This document shows positions 32,568 to 38,916 of a stretch of 38,916 nucleotides of DNA, one piece after another. Positions within the stretch are counted from its first letter, which is position 1; the number at the start of each line of letters is the position of its first letter. The notes under the pieces were generated by a model that was given only the letters and a program-made list of their open reading frames with translations, was not told the DNA's origin and did no database searches. The translations under genes and the position numbers were made by a program. The DNA is from a virus, in IMG/VR virus record IMGVR_UViG_3300045988_113856; one strand, written 5' to 3'.

Positions 32568-32696
32568 ATGATAGAAGCAATCATGTCAGTGCTGCTCGAT
32601 CCAACATCAGCGTTTTGGAAGTATCTGCTTGTAGCTATGGCTGGCGTCATGATCGGTGCCACGGCGGTGGGCGGATGGAAGCAATGGATTGAATAG
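32568..32696 (+). CDS. 42-aa single-TM ORF (below the ORF-track cutoff)
   Basis: Hand translation gives MIEAIMSVLLDPTSAFWKYLLVAMAGVMIGATAVGGWKQWIE. Confidence 0.35.
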   Translation: MIEAIMSVLLDPTSAFWKYLLVAMAGVMIGATAVGGWKQWIE

Positions 32697-32707
32697 GAGG
32701 ACAGCAC

Positions 32708-32926
32708 ATGCGAGATACAAAAGAGTATTGGCAAGACATTCACGATCAGGTCGAGAACCTCATTTACAAAGGGCATGCAGATCGTGGCTGGGATTGGATG
32801 TTTCGACTTAGCTTGATCATGCTCACCAAGAGCGCACAAAAAAATCCCGCGGCTGCAACCACGGGAAATAAGGAACAAAGCAAATTAATTTATAGCCCAA
32901 GTTTATCACGAAAGGCGGCAAAGTGA
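32708..32926 (+). CDS. Hypothetical protein (72 aa)
   Basis: RBS AGGAGGACAGCAC before the ATG. Confidence 0.5.
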   Translation: MRDTKEYWQDIHDQVENLIYKGHADRGWDWMFRLSLIMLTKSAQKNPAAATTGNKEQSKLIYSPSLSRKAAK

Positions 32927-32927
32927 A

Positions 32928-33098
32928 ATGGCTACCACGATTGTAAAGCTTGATTGGAAGGGAGATCCCATTTATTCAGGCGAAGCAGTTATCACGAATA
33001 TCGGGCCTGAAGGTGACACGATCAAAGATGATCCAGATGAAATCCGCGAATATATATTGAACGAACTTGGCGGTGTAGCAATTGCCGCCGACTACTAG
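32928..33098 (+). CDS. 56-aa hypothetical ORF (below the ORF-track cutoff)
   Basis: Starts 1 nt after the upstream stop. Ends at a TAG overlapping the strong RBS of recT. Confidence 0.45.
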   Translation: MATTIVKLDWKGDPIYSGEAVITNIGPEGDTIKDDPDEIREYILNELGGVAIAADY

Positions 33099-33109
33099 GA
33101 GGAATTGAA

Positions 33110-33985
33110 ATGGCAAATGAAATTGTAGCAAGTGTCAACAACCGCATCGCAGAGATGCAGAAGCATGAAGGCTTGAAACTTCCGGCGAACTATAGCCCTA
33201 GCAATGCGCTAAATTCGGCTTGGCTCACGCTATCAGATAACAGCAAAGGGCCATCACTGTTAGATAAAACTACCCCGCAATCGCAAGCTAAAGCATTGCT
33301 GAATATGGTGATTCAGGGTCTCAGCCCAGCTAAGAATCAGGTTTACTTCATTCCTTACGGCAAAGACCTGACCCTGATGCGCTCGTACTTTGGTAGCCTG
33401 GCGATCCTAAAACGATTGGACAATGTTCAGGATGTTTGGGCCGAGGTTGTTCGGGAAGGCGATAAATTCCAAATTGGCTCTGATCGAGGCCGGACGGTCG
33501 TCAAAGTATTCGAGCCGCGTATTGAGAATCAGGACAACGCTATTGCCGCAGCATTTGCTGTCATCGTCGATAACAATGGCGTTGAGAACTTCACCATCAT
33601 GACCAAGAAGCAGATTGATCAAAGCTGGAGTCATGCCAAAACCAAAAAGGTTCAGCAAGAGTTCCCCGAGGAAATGGCTAAGCGAACGGTGCTCAACCGG
33701 GCTGCCAAGTTCTTCATCAACTCAAGTTCTGACAACGACCTTTTACTGGGAGCGGTCAATGAAACCACTGCCGATGAGTACGACAACGCGGAACCTAAGG
33801 ACGTGACACCAAACTTTGATGATCTGATTGATAGCAAGCCGAAGGAGGAGTCGAAACATGCTGCAAATACCAAAGAAGCCAAGGAAGCCAAGCCAAAAGA
33901 AAACAGTCAAGCAGACCGAGCTGAACATCGTCCAGTTACCGACAAAGAAGTTGCGAACCTCTTCCAGAACCAAGTTAACAAGTAG
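33110..33985 (+). CDS. recT: RecT-family single-strand annealing recombinase
   Basis: 291 aa. Pattern ..ALNSAWL....QVYFIPYG..L.L..SY.G......V.A.VV.EGD.F.. with a Lys/Glu-rich tail. Confidence 0.85.
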   Translation: MANEIVASVNNRIAEMQKHEGLKLPANYSPSNALNSAWLTLSDNSKGPSLLDKTTPQSQAKALLNMVIQGLSPAKNQVYFIPYGKDLTLMRSYFGSLAILKRLDNVQDVWAEVVREGDKFQIGSDRGRTVVKVFEPRIENQDNAIAAAFAVIVDNNGVENFTIMTKKQIDQSWSHAKTKKVQQEFPEEMAKRTVLNRAAKFFINSSSDNDLLLGAVNETTADEYDNAEPKDVTPNFDDLIDSKPKEESKHAANTKEAKEAKPKENSQADRAEHRPVTDKEVANLFQNQVNK

Positions 33986-34769
33986 AAACTATTACAGCAA
34001 TCGCATGGATTGGCAGTATCAGTCCCCAACTTGGTTCAAAAAGTTCATGGCTTGCGAGGCCGAGGCTTTGGCGGAATTGAAAGACGAGTGGAAGCCCAAG
34101 CGCGACCCAACGGCTTTGTTGGTCGGCAACTATCTTCACAGCTACTTCCAAAGCCGCTATGCGCACAACAAGTTTAAGCAGGAACATCCAGAGATTATTT
34201 CAACTCGCGGTGCAACAAAAGGACAGCTCAAAAGAGAATATCAAGTTGCTGACAACATGATTAGAACTTTGCGAACAGATCCTAAGTTCAAAGAGTTCTA
34301 TCAAGGAAAAAAAGAAGTCATTGTCAAAGGCGAGATCGGTGGGGTGGCTTGGAAAGGCAAACTTGACTGCTTAGCGGATAACCATAAATACTTCGCTGAC
34401 TTGAAAACCACCATGGACATCAACAAGCGTTTTTATCTACCAGAAGAACATCGCTATGGTTCTTTCATTGAGGCTTACAACTACCCACTGCAAATGGCCG
34501 TGTATCAGGAGCTAATTAGACAGCAATATGGCGTTCAAGCCGTGCCTGTCATCATCGCAGTATCGAAACAAGACCCTCCAGATAAGGCGGCTGTCTCAAT
34601 TCCGCAAGACTTACTCGACTATTGGTTGGAACGGGTTAAGGAACTACAGCCACGCATTGAAGCCGTTAAGAACGGCGAAGAAGAACCAAAACGGTGTGAA
34701 CACTGTGATTATTGCCGGGCGACTAAACACCTGACTAAGATCATCAGCCTCTACGATCTGGTTGAGTAG
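33858..34769 (+). CDS. PD-(D/E)XK nuclease, Cas4/RecB-like with a 4-Cys cluster (RecT partner exonuclease)
   Basis: LTSRNYYS...FMACEAEALAEL (Cys1), DLKTT (D/E-x-K region), C-terminal CEHCDYC. Strong RBS GAAGGAGGAG lies 7 nt before ATG 33858, which overlaps recT by 128 nt. Alternative starts are TTG 33951 and ATG 34005. Confidence 0.8.
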   Translation: MLQIPKKPRKPSQKKTVKQTELNIVQLPTKKLRTSSRTKLTSRNYYSNRMDWQYQSPTWFKKFMACEAEALAELKDEWKPKRDPTALLVGNYLHSYFQSRYAHNKFKQEHPEIISTRGATKGQLKREYQVADNMIRTLRTDPKFKEFYQGKKEVIVKGEIGGVAWKGKLDCLADNHKYFADLKTTMDINKRFYLPEEHRYGSFIEAYNYPLQMAVYQELIRQQYGVQAVPVIIAVSKQDPPDKAAVSIPQDLLDYWLERVKELQPRIEAVKNGEEEPKRCEHCDYCRATKHLTKIISLYDLVE

Positions 34770-34784
34770 GAGGTGAGTCACCGC

Positions 34785-35750
34785 ATGGATTTATTTAAGC
34801 TAATTCGAGAGTTCTACATTCAGCAAAGCGTTAATCCGCTAAGCACAGGACAGATAGCATTATGGCATGGGCTGGTTTACCAATGTAACCAGCTAGGCTG
34901 GCCAAGCGAATTCAATATGCCGAATCGAACACTTGAAACGTTGACTGGTTTAAGCCGTCAGGGCATCGTCAAATCCCGTAACGCGCTAAAGCAGTCAGGG
35001 CTGATAGATTTTCAAACTAACGGTGTTAAGGCAACGACCTACTCAGTCATCGATATTTCACGAAAACTTAGTACGTCAGATAGTAGGCAACCTAGTGGTC
35101 AAGATGATGACAGTGTGTCAAATAGTAGGCAACACAGTAGGCAACCTAGTAGGCAACACAGTTTACAAGGTAGTTTACAACCTAGTAGGCAACACAGTAG
35201 CACATACACTAAACAAGACGAGACTAGACTAGACAAAACTAAACGACAACAGACTACTGCTCCAGTCAAGGCAGCAGAGAGGCCTGCTGAAGAACCGTCA
35301 TCGTCGTCATCATCAATTCTTGATATTTGCAATTTCTGGGAAGGAAACGGGTTTGGACAACTGTCACCGTTCACCAGAGAAAGCCTTGTTGATTGGGTTG
35401 CTGACATGCGAAAAGCAGGATCACCTGAACCTGAGAAGCTAGTCCTAAATGCGCTGCGGACTGCGGTTGAAAGCAATGTCAGAAACTACAAGTACGTCAA
35501 CGGCATATTGAAAAACTGGGAAAGCAAGCGTCTTCTCACGGTTGCTGCTGTCGAAGCAAACGATAGTGAACGCAAAACTAATCAGCCTCAGCGCCGTTAC
35601 GGCAATCCAGTTCGAAATGAGAAACTACCAGTCTGGGCGCAGGACGGTTACAAGCCCAAGCATAAAAAAGTATCTGAGGAAGACAGAGCTAAACTAGCCG
35701 AGCAGATGGAGCAGTTAAAGGCACTTGGAAAGAAAGAGGACTCGAAATGA
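34785..35750 (+). CDS. Replication initiation/organiser protein with a C-terminal DnaD-like domain
   Basis: N-terminal wHTH-like region (LTGLSRQGIVKSRNALKQSGLI). C-terminal ..VRNYKYVNGILKNWESKRL.. is typical of DnaD/phage replisome organisers. ATG 34785 lies 11 nt after AGGAGG. Confidence 0.8.
   Translation: MDLFKLIREFYIQQSVNPLSTGQIALWHGLVYQCNQLGWPSEFNMPNRTLETLTGLSRQGIVKSRNALKQSGLIDFQTNGVKATTYSVIDISRKLSTSDSRQPSGQDDDSVSNSRQHSRQPSRQHSLQGSLQPSRQHSSTYTKQDETRLDKTKRQQTTAPVKAAERPAEEPSSSSSSILDICNFWEGNGFGQLSPFTRESLVDWVADMRKAGSPEPEKLVLNALRTAVESNVRNYKYVNGILKNWESKRLLTVAAVEANDSERKTNQPQRRYGNPVRNEKLPVWAQDGYKPKHKKVSEEDRAKLAEQMEQLKALGKKEDSK
35082..35207 (+). repeat. 12-bp iterons AGTAGGCAACMY (candidate origin of replication inside the replication gene)
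   Basis: Copies at 35082, 35124, 35136, 35148 and 35184, with diverged units at 35160, 35172 and 35196. Seven contiguous 12-nt units span 35124-35207. Confidence 0.7.
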
Positions 35751-35935
35751 ATAGCCTACGAATTCAAAACGGCAAAGTTTTTGTGAATGGCATTGAGGTT
35801 GGACAGGTTGAAAAGATCCACTTCAAAGCTGAGGCGAATGACCCTGTAGAGGTTGAAATGAAGTGGTTAGTTCCTGTCAGAGGCCTAGATGTTTCTGTAT
35901 ATCAGCCTGAACCACGCCAGCAGCAGCCTGAGTAA
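35747..35935 (+). CDS. 62-aa hypothetical protein, paralogue of ORF 27810-27977
   Basis: ATGA overlap with the replication gene stop. Shares the VFVNG..E...V..I......ND...V......LDV.VY pattern. Confidence 0.55.
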   Translation: MNSLRIQNGKVFVNGIEVGQVEKIHFKAEANDPVEVEMKWLVPVRGLDVSVYQPEPRQQQPE

Positions 35936-36257
35936 TCGCAGAAATTGAAAACGAACCAACTTTTTTCAAAATAGACTTCACTTTATTCCAGTTGGTGTCT
36001 TCACGAATGTCCGCCAAGAACTGGTGCCCACTAGGCGTCAAGTCTTTGATTAGAAACCCTTCGTCCATAAACCAATTAACTTCAGCTAAAAGTCCTGCCC
36101 AATTTGCTTGGCGTACATGGTAAGCGATCTCTTCGTAAGAATAAGAGCTCATTCTAGGATCATCTAAAAGTGTTTTTGCTTCTACCCATTGGCTGGTAGA
36201 GGCATTGGTTTCCACAACTAAAAGCACATCACGTAAACAGTCTGGATTGAGTTTCAT
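35877..36257 (-). CDS. DUF2513-like winged-helix protein (126 aa)
   Basis: MKLNPDCLRDVLLVVE... and LTPSGHQFLADIREDTNWNKVK match the DUF2513 pattern. RBS AAAGGAAA. The longer 36383 start was rejected. Confidence 0.65.
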   Translation of the reverse strand: MKLNPDCLRDVLLVVETNASTSQWVEAKTLLDDPRMSSYSYEEIAYHVRQANWAGLLAEVNWFMDEGFLIKDLTPSGHQFLADIREDTNWNKVKSILKKVGSFSISAITQAAAGVVQADIQKHLGL

Positions 36258-36348
36258 GATTTTCAATTTCCTTTCGTTGTTAGTAAATAAAATCTCCCTC
36301 AGGGAAACCTTATACCCTGAAGGAGGAGATTCTAAAGACTGTTGAAGA

Positions 36349-36468
36349 TTAGTTTGGCGTTGAACGCCGGTGACCGCCGACACGAGTTCCGTTTGACTTA
36401 GTGTACGGTTTTACAACAACGATCTTCTTAGTTGGGGTTCCGCGAACACTAGTTTTCGTTTTTGCCAT
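36349..36468 (-). CDS. 39-aa highly basic ORF
   Basis: MAKTKTSVRGTPTKKIVVVKPYTKSNGTRVGGHRRSTPN with a G-rich RBS upstream. The longer 78-aa form lacks an RBS. Confidence 0.4.
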   Translation of the reverse strand: MAKTKTSVRGTPTKKIVVVKPYTKSNGTRVGGHRRSTPN

Positions 36469-36493
36469 CAATAGTCCCCCCCCATCTAATTTA

Positions 36494-36526
36494 TTACAGG
36501 TCATTACAGTAGCCTGTAAATTTAGT
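36494..36526. promoter_or_regulatory. Divergent promoter region with inverted repeat TTACAGG-N12-CCTGTAA
   Basis: IR arms at 36494-36500 and 36513-36519. Plus-strand -35 TTACAG, 17-nt spacer, -10 TAAATT. Minus-strand TTTACA, 16-nt spacer, TGTAAT. Confidence 0.4.
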
Positions 36527-36586
36527 ATATCAAAAATGCATGCGCCATACAACATGCTGTACTTAAACATATAGAGGTGACACAAT

Positions 36587-36802
36587 ATGTGGGATTCTGT
36601 TCAAAAGATTTTAGATGATCGATCAATTAGCATCCCAGAATTAGCTGATTTAGCAGGATACAACAACCCATCAACTTTATACATGATTAGATCCGGTGGC
36701 ATCAAAGATCCGTCATTTTCAACGATGATACGAATTGCAGACGCTCTAGGCGTTAGCCTTGACGAACTGAGGCCTGATAAGCAAGGAGAGAAGAAAGCAT
36801 GA
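36587..36802 (+). CDS. XRE-family HTH protein (71 aa)
   Basis: ISIPELADLAGYNNPSTLYMIRSG..DPSFSTMIRIADALGVSLDEL. RBS AGAGGTGA. Confidence 0.75.
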   Translation: MWDSVQKILDDRSISIPELADLAGYNNPSTLYMIRSGGIKDPSFSTMIRIADALGVSLDELRPDKQGEKKA

Positions 36803-37248
36803 CACAAGTAACAGTCCGTTTATACAAGCAAGGCGACAAAGTGTGGCGCGACTTCAAAGCTGAATTGATTACGCGCTACGAAAATGCAGCAATGCTAGGC
36901 ATTTCTGAAAGCGAAGCATTCTCAAAAATCGAAAAGCAAGCGTTCAACAACCGGATCGTTGTATCAAAGAAAGCGATTGTCGAGAAACGTGCGGTAGCCG
37001 GTGTTGATAATCGAGATATGCCTTCAGTCGCACTGATCAGCAGCATCAAGGCTGTAAACAAACGCGGGGAAGCTAACCGTAAGAAGTATGCAGTACAAGT
37101 TTCTGAGGCGGCAAGCAAGAGCAAAACACTAACAGAGGTTGCAAAACAGATCGGGAAGTCAACAACGTTCGTGAGACGAGTGGCAAGCGAGTTTGATATC
37201 AAGTTGCCCCGCCGCAACAACGGCCATGAAGAGATTGCGAGTCGTTAG
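36799..37248 (+). CDS. Hypothetical protein with a C-terminal HTH-like segment
   Basis: ATGA overlap with the upstream gene. KTLTEVAKQIGKSTTFVRRVASEFDI. Confidence 0.6.
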   Translation: MTQVTVRLYKQGDKVWRDFKAELITRYENAAMLGISESEAFSKIEKQAFNNRIVVSKKAIVEKRAVAGVDNRDMPSVALISSIKAVNKRGEANRKKYAVQVSEAASKSKTLTEVAKQIGKSTTFVRRVASEFDIKLPRRNNGHEEIASR

Positions 37249-37294
37249 ATATTTAGCGAGGAATAATACAAGAAACTACAGGAGGAATCTTCAA

Positions 37295-37549
37295 ATGCAA
37301 GCAATTAAAACGAAAATGATGGTTGGTGATCTGGTTATGGTTCCTGATCGAGTATTCATGGGCGTGCGTGATATTGACGGTGTGGCACGAATCATCAGAA
37401 TCGAGCGATACAACGCCAGAGGTGAACGTCAAGACATCAACAAGCCAGTTGCTTTTGATGGCAAGGCACCCAAAGAGCTAATCACAACGGTTGAAATGGT
37501 TGATGGCAAGCAACATCAATACTATCTGAAGGACGTGAAACCAGCGTGA
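37295..37549 (+). CDS. Hypothetical protein (84 aa)
   Basis: RBS CAGGAGGAA lies 8 nt before ATG 37295. The longer 37193 form overlaps the upstream gene. Confidence 0.6.
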   Translation: MQAIKTKMMVGDLVMVPDRVFMGVRDIDGVARIIRIERYNARGERQDINKPVAFDGKAPKELITTVEMVDGKQHQYYLKDVKPA

Positions 37550-37911
37550 ACAGGATCATTATTCCATTGCCCCTCATGACTCTTAATCAGTACATCAAGG
37601 TTGAACGAGGCAATATGTTCGGCGGAGCAAAAGTCAAGAAACAAGCAACGGAAACGGTAATGTTGGCTGTTAGAAAAGCGATGAATCAGGGCGTGAAATT
37701 TCAATGGGGAAAACCTCTAAGTTTCGACTGGTACTGGTATGACAAGCGAACAGACCCGGACAACATCGCGTTTCAGCACAAGTTTATCTTCGACGGCATG
37801 CAAAAGGCTGAATTTTTAGAAAACGACAACTGGGATCACATTGTAGAACTGCGAGATCGGTTCTTTATTGACAAAGCTAATCCGAGAGTTGAAGTCGAAG
37901 AGATCGATTAA
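37546..37911 (+). CDS. rusA: RusA-like Holliday junction resolvase
   Basis: LMTLNQYIKVERGN....KVKKQ....DPDNIAFQHKFIFDGMQKAEFLENDNW fits the RusA pattern (acidic DxDN and K..D motifs). GTG start overlaps the upstream stop. Confidence 0.7.
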   Translation: MNRIIIPLPLMTLNQYIKVERGNMFGGAKVKKQATETVMLAVRKAMNQGVKFQWGKPLSFDWYWYDKRTDPDNIAFQHKFIFDGMQKAEFLENDNWDHIVELRDRFFIDKANPRVEVEEID

Positions 37912-37923
37912 GGAGAAAAAATC

Positions 37924-38388
37924 ATGAATAAAAAATTGACATTTACAGTAACTGTTTTAGCAGGACTTATGTTTGGGGCCGGTGCAACCACCATTGCCGA
38001 CAATGTTTGGCAAGGTCACCAGAACATCGTGGAGACCAAAAACAATATCGACAAGCTGACGGCTAAGATTCACGCTTCAAAATCTAGCTTGTCCGATTTG
38101 CAACATCAGTTGTCTGACGCGCAGGCACAGTATGCGGCCCTAAAACAGCAATATGGAAACGACATGGCAAACAAAGATGCCCAGATTCAGCAAAAGATCG
38201 TTGAAGGCCAGCAAGCAGTTGCCCAGAAACAGGCTGAGGTCGATGCTAAGCAACAGACAATCAACGACCTTACATCACAGTTAGAAGCCGCCAAACAGGC
38301 AAACAATGAATTATCACAGGCAATCAAAGACGCGCAGAGCATCAAGGACTATTCAGATCAGGCTGTGAAGTCAGTCAGCGCGAAATGA
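37924..38388 (+). CDS. Signal-anchor/secreted coiled-coil protein
   Basis: N-terminal hydrophobic segment LTFTVTVLAGLMFGAGATT followed by a Gln/Ala-rich coiled coil. RBS AAGGAGAAAAA. Confidence 0.65.
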   Translation: MNKKLTFTVTVLAGLMFGAGATTIADNVWQGHQNIVETKNNIDKLTAKIHASKSSLSDLQHQLSDAQAQYAALKQQYGNDMANKDAQIQQKIVEGQQAVAQKQAEVDAKQQTINDLTSQLEAAKQANNELSQAIKDAQSIKDYSDQAVKSVSAK

Positions 38389-38585
38389 GAGGCACACAAA
38401 TGTACGTAGTAGCAGGATTAAACACAGAAACCGAGTATTATCGAGCCAAGTATCAATCTCAGTGTATCCGATGGATAAACGAGAACATGGCCAAGCACAC
38501 GGAATCGCACAACACCCGTGGCGATGACATTAAGGTAGATATTCCGGAACCACTGATTATCAAGAAAGTGGAGGACGAAAAATGA
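38385..38585 (+). CDS. Hypothetical protein (66 aa)
   Basis: Start and stop overlaps on both sides indicate a translationally coupled chain. Confidence 0.55.
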   Translation: MRGTQMYVVAGLNTETEYYRAKYQSQCIRWINENMAKHTESHNTRGDDIKVDIPEPLIIKKVEDEK

Positions 38586-38916
38586 GCGAAGAAAAAATGT
38601 ACGCGGTAAAGAACCGCAGTGGTGAATTTTGGGACTTTTCGGATAGTTCCGGTTTCTGGTCATTAGCCATCTCGGATTTCCCTACAACGCCTAATAAGAA
38701 ACAGGCTGAACTAGCGGCTAAAGATCATGGCGGTCACGTTGTCACGTTCGTTGAGGAGCCTAAAAAGGTAGTCCTAACCAAGGAGCAAGCCGAAATCGTT
38801 GAACGTGCACATAGCGGCAAGTTCCCAGCAGCCAGCATTGCTTTCTATGGCGATGATGACGAAGAGCCGCTGATGAATGCTTACGTCAACGGCTACACCG
38901 TGGCAAAGGAGAAGAA
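38582..38916 (+). CDS. N-terminal part of the DUF1642-like early protein (continues at 1..313; 183 aa in total)
   Basis: ATGA overlap with the upstream stop. Open to the window end and in frame with 56..313 across the circular junction. Confidence 0.65.
   Translation, partial: MSEEKMYAVKNRSGEFWDFSDSSGFWSLAISDFPTTPNKKQAELAAKDHGGHVVTFVEEPKKVVLTKEQAEIVERAHSGKFPAASIAFYGDDDEEPLMNAYVNGYTVAKEK
38818..38916. repeat. Terminal overlap, identical to 1-99
   Basis: See feature 1-99. Confidence 0.95.

Larger units (their letters stand above)
1..38916. mobile_element. Complete temperate siphovirus (prophage-type) genome, circularly permuted representation, unit 38817 bp
   Basis: Full set of lysogeny, early/replication, packaging, head, tail and lysis modules. 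The two window ends are identical over 99 nt and an ORF reads through the junction in frame. Confidence 0.9.

Noticed and set aside
35124-35207. Tandem 12-nt repeats as a possible CRISPR-like or minisatellite array
   Set aside because: The units are contiguous with no spacers, too short for CRISPR repeats, and lie in frame within the replication gene. They are interpreted as iterons.
35099-35476. 125-aa minus-strand ORF antisense to the replication gene
   Set aside because: It is generated by the iteron and low-complexity region (Cys/Leu repeats) and has no RBS.

Overview
The window is a complete, circularly closed genome of a temperate pac-type siphovirus, prophage-like and probably from Lactobacillaceae (inferred from gene content, not searched). 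Bases 1-99 are identical to 38818-38916, giving a unit length of 38,817 bp, and one ORF (38582..end) continues in frame into 1..313. Plus-strand order: end of the early region (DUF1642-like, small acidic ORF, XRE HTH), ArpU-type late regulator, a 3.2-kb accessory stretch (structured leader with a tRNA-like minihelix, Abi-alpha-like ORF, a 540-bp hairpin array, a GcrA-HTH::metallophosphoesterase fusion, an orphan NrdH-like redoxin). Then TerS/TerL, SPP1-type portal, gp7/MuF-like head protein, scaffold, major capsid, connectors, major tail, G/GT chaperones, tape measure, enlarged Dit, Tal with collagen-like repeats, XkdX, XhlA-like protein, LL-H holin and a signal-peptide GH25-SH3b-LysM endolysin. 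After the attP region come the minus-strand integrase and a roughly 4.9-kb mixed-orientation accessory island between int and cI, followed by the cI/cro switch, RecT plus a Cas4-like PD-(D/E)XK nuclease, a DnaD-type replication protein with internal 12-bp iterons, an inverted two-gene cassette and RusA. The strongest sequence-level observations are listed below. (1) A -1 frameshift site (C CCA AAA plus stem-loop) at the end of the capsid gene opens a start-less 57-codon extension with an HeH/SAP-like motif. (2) The int-cI island holds a Zn-ribbon + HEPN-like (R-x4-H) protein converging on a strongly promoted 74-aa ORF, a 338-aa orphan, a PNPOx-like/2-TM pair and two membrane-anchored Sie-like proteins. 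(3) The arpU-terS accessory stretch is unusual in both its ORFs and its RNA structures. All family assignments come from motif recognition by eye; no database search was possible.
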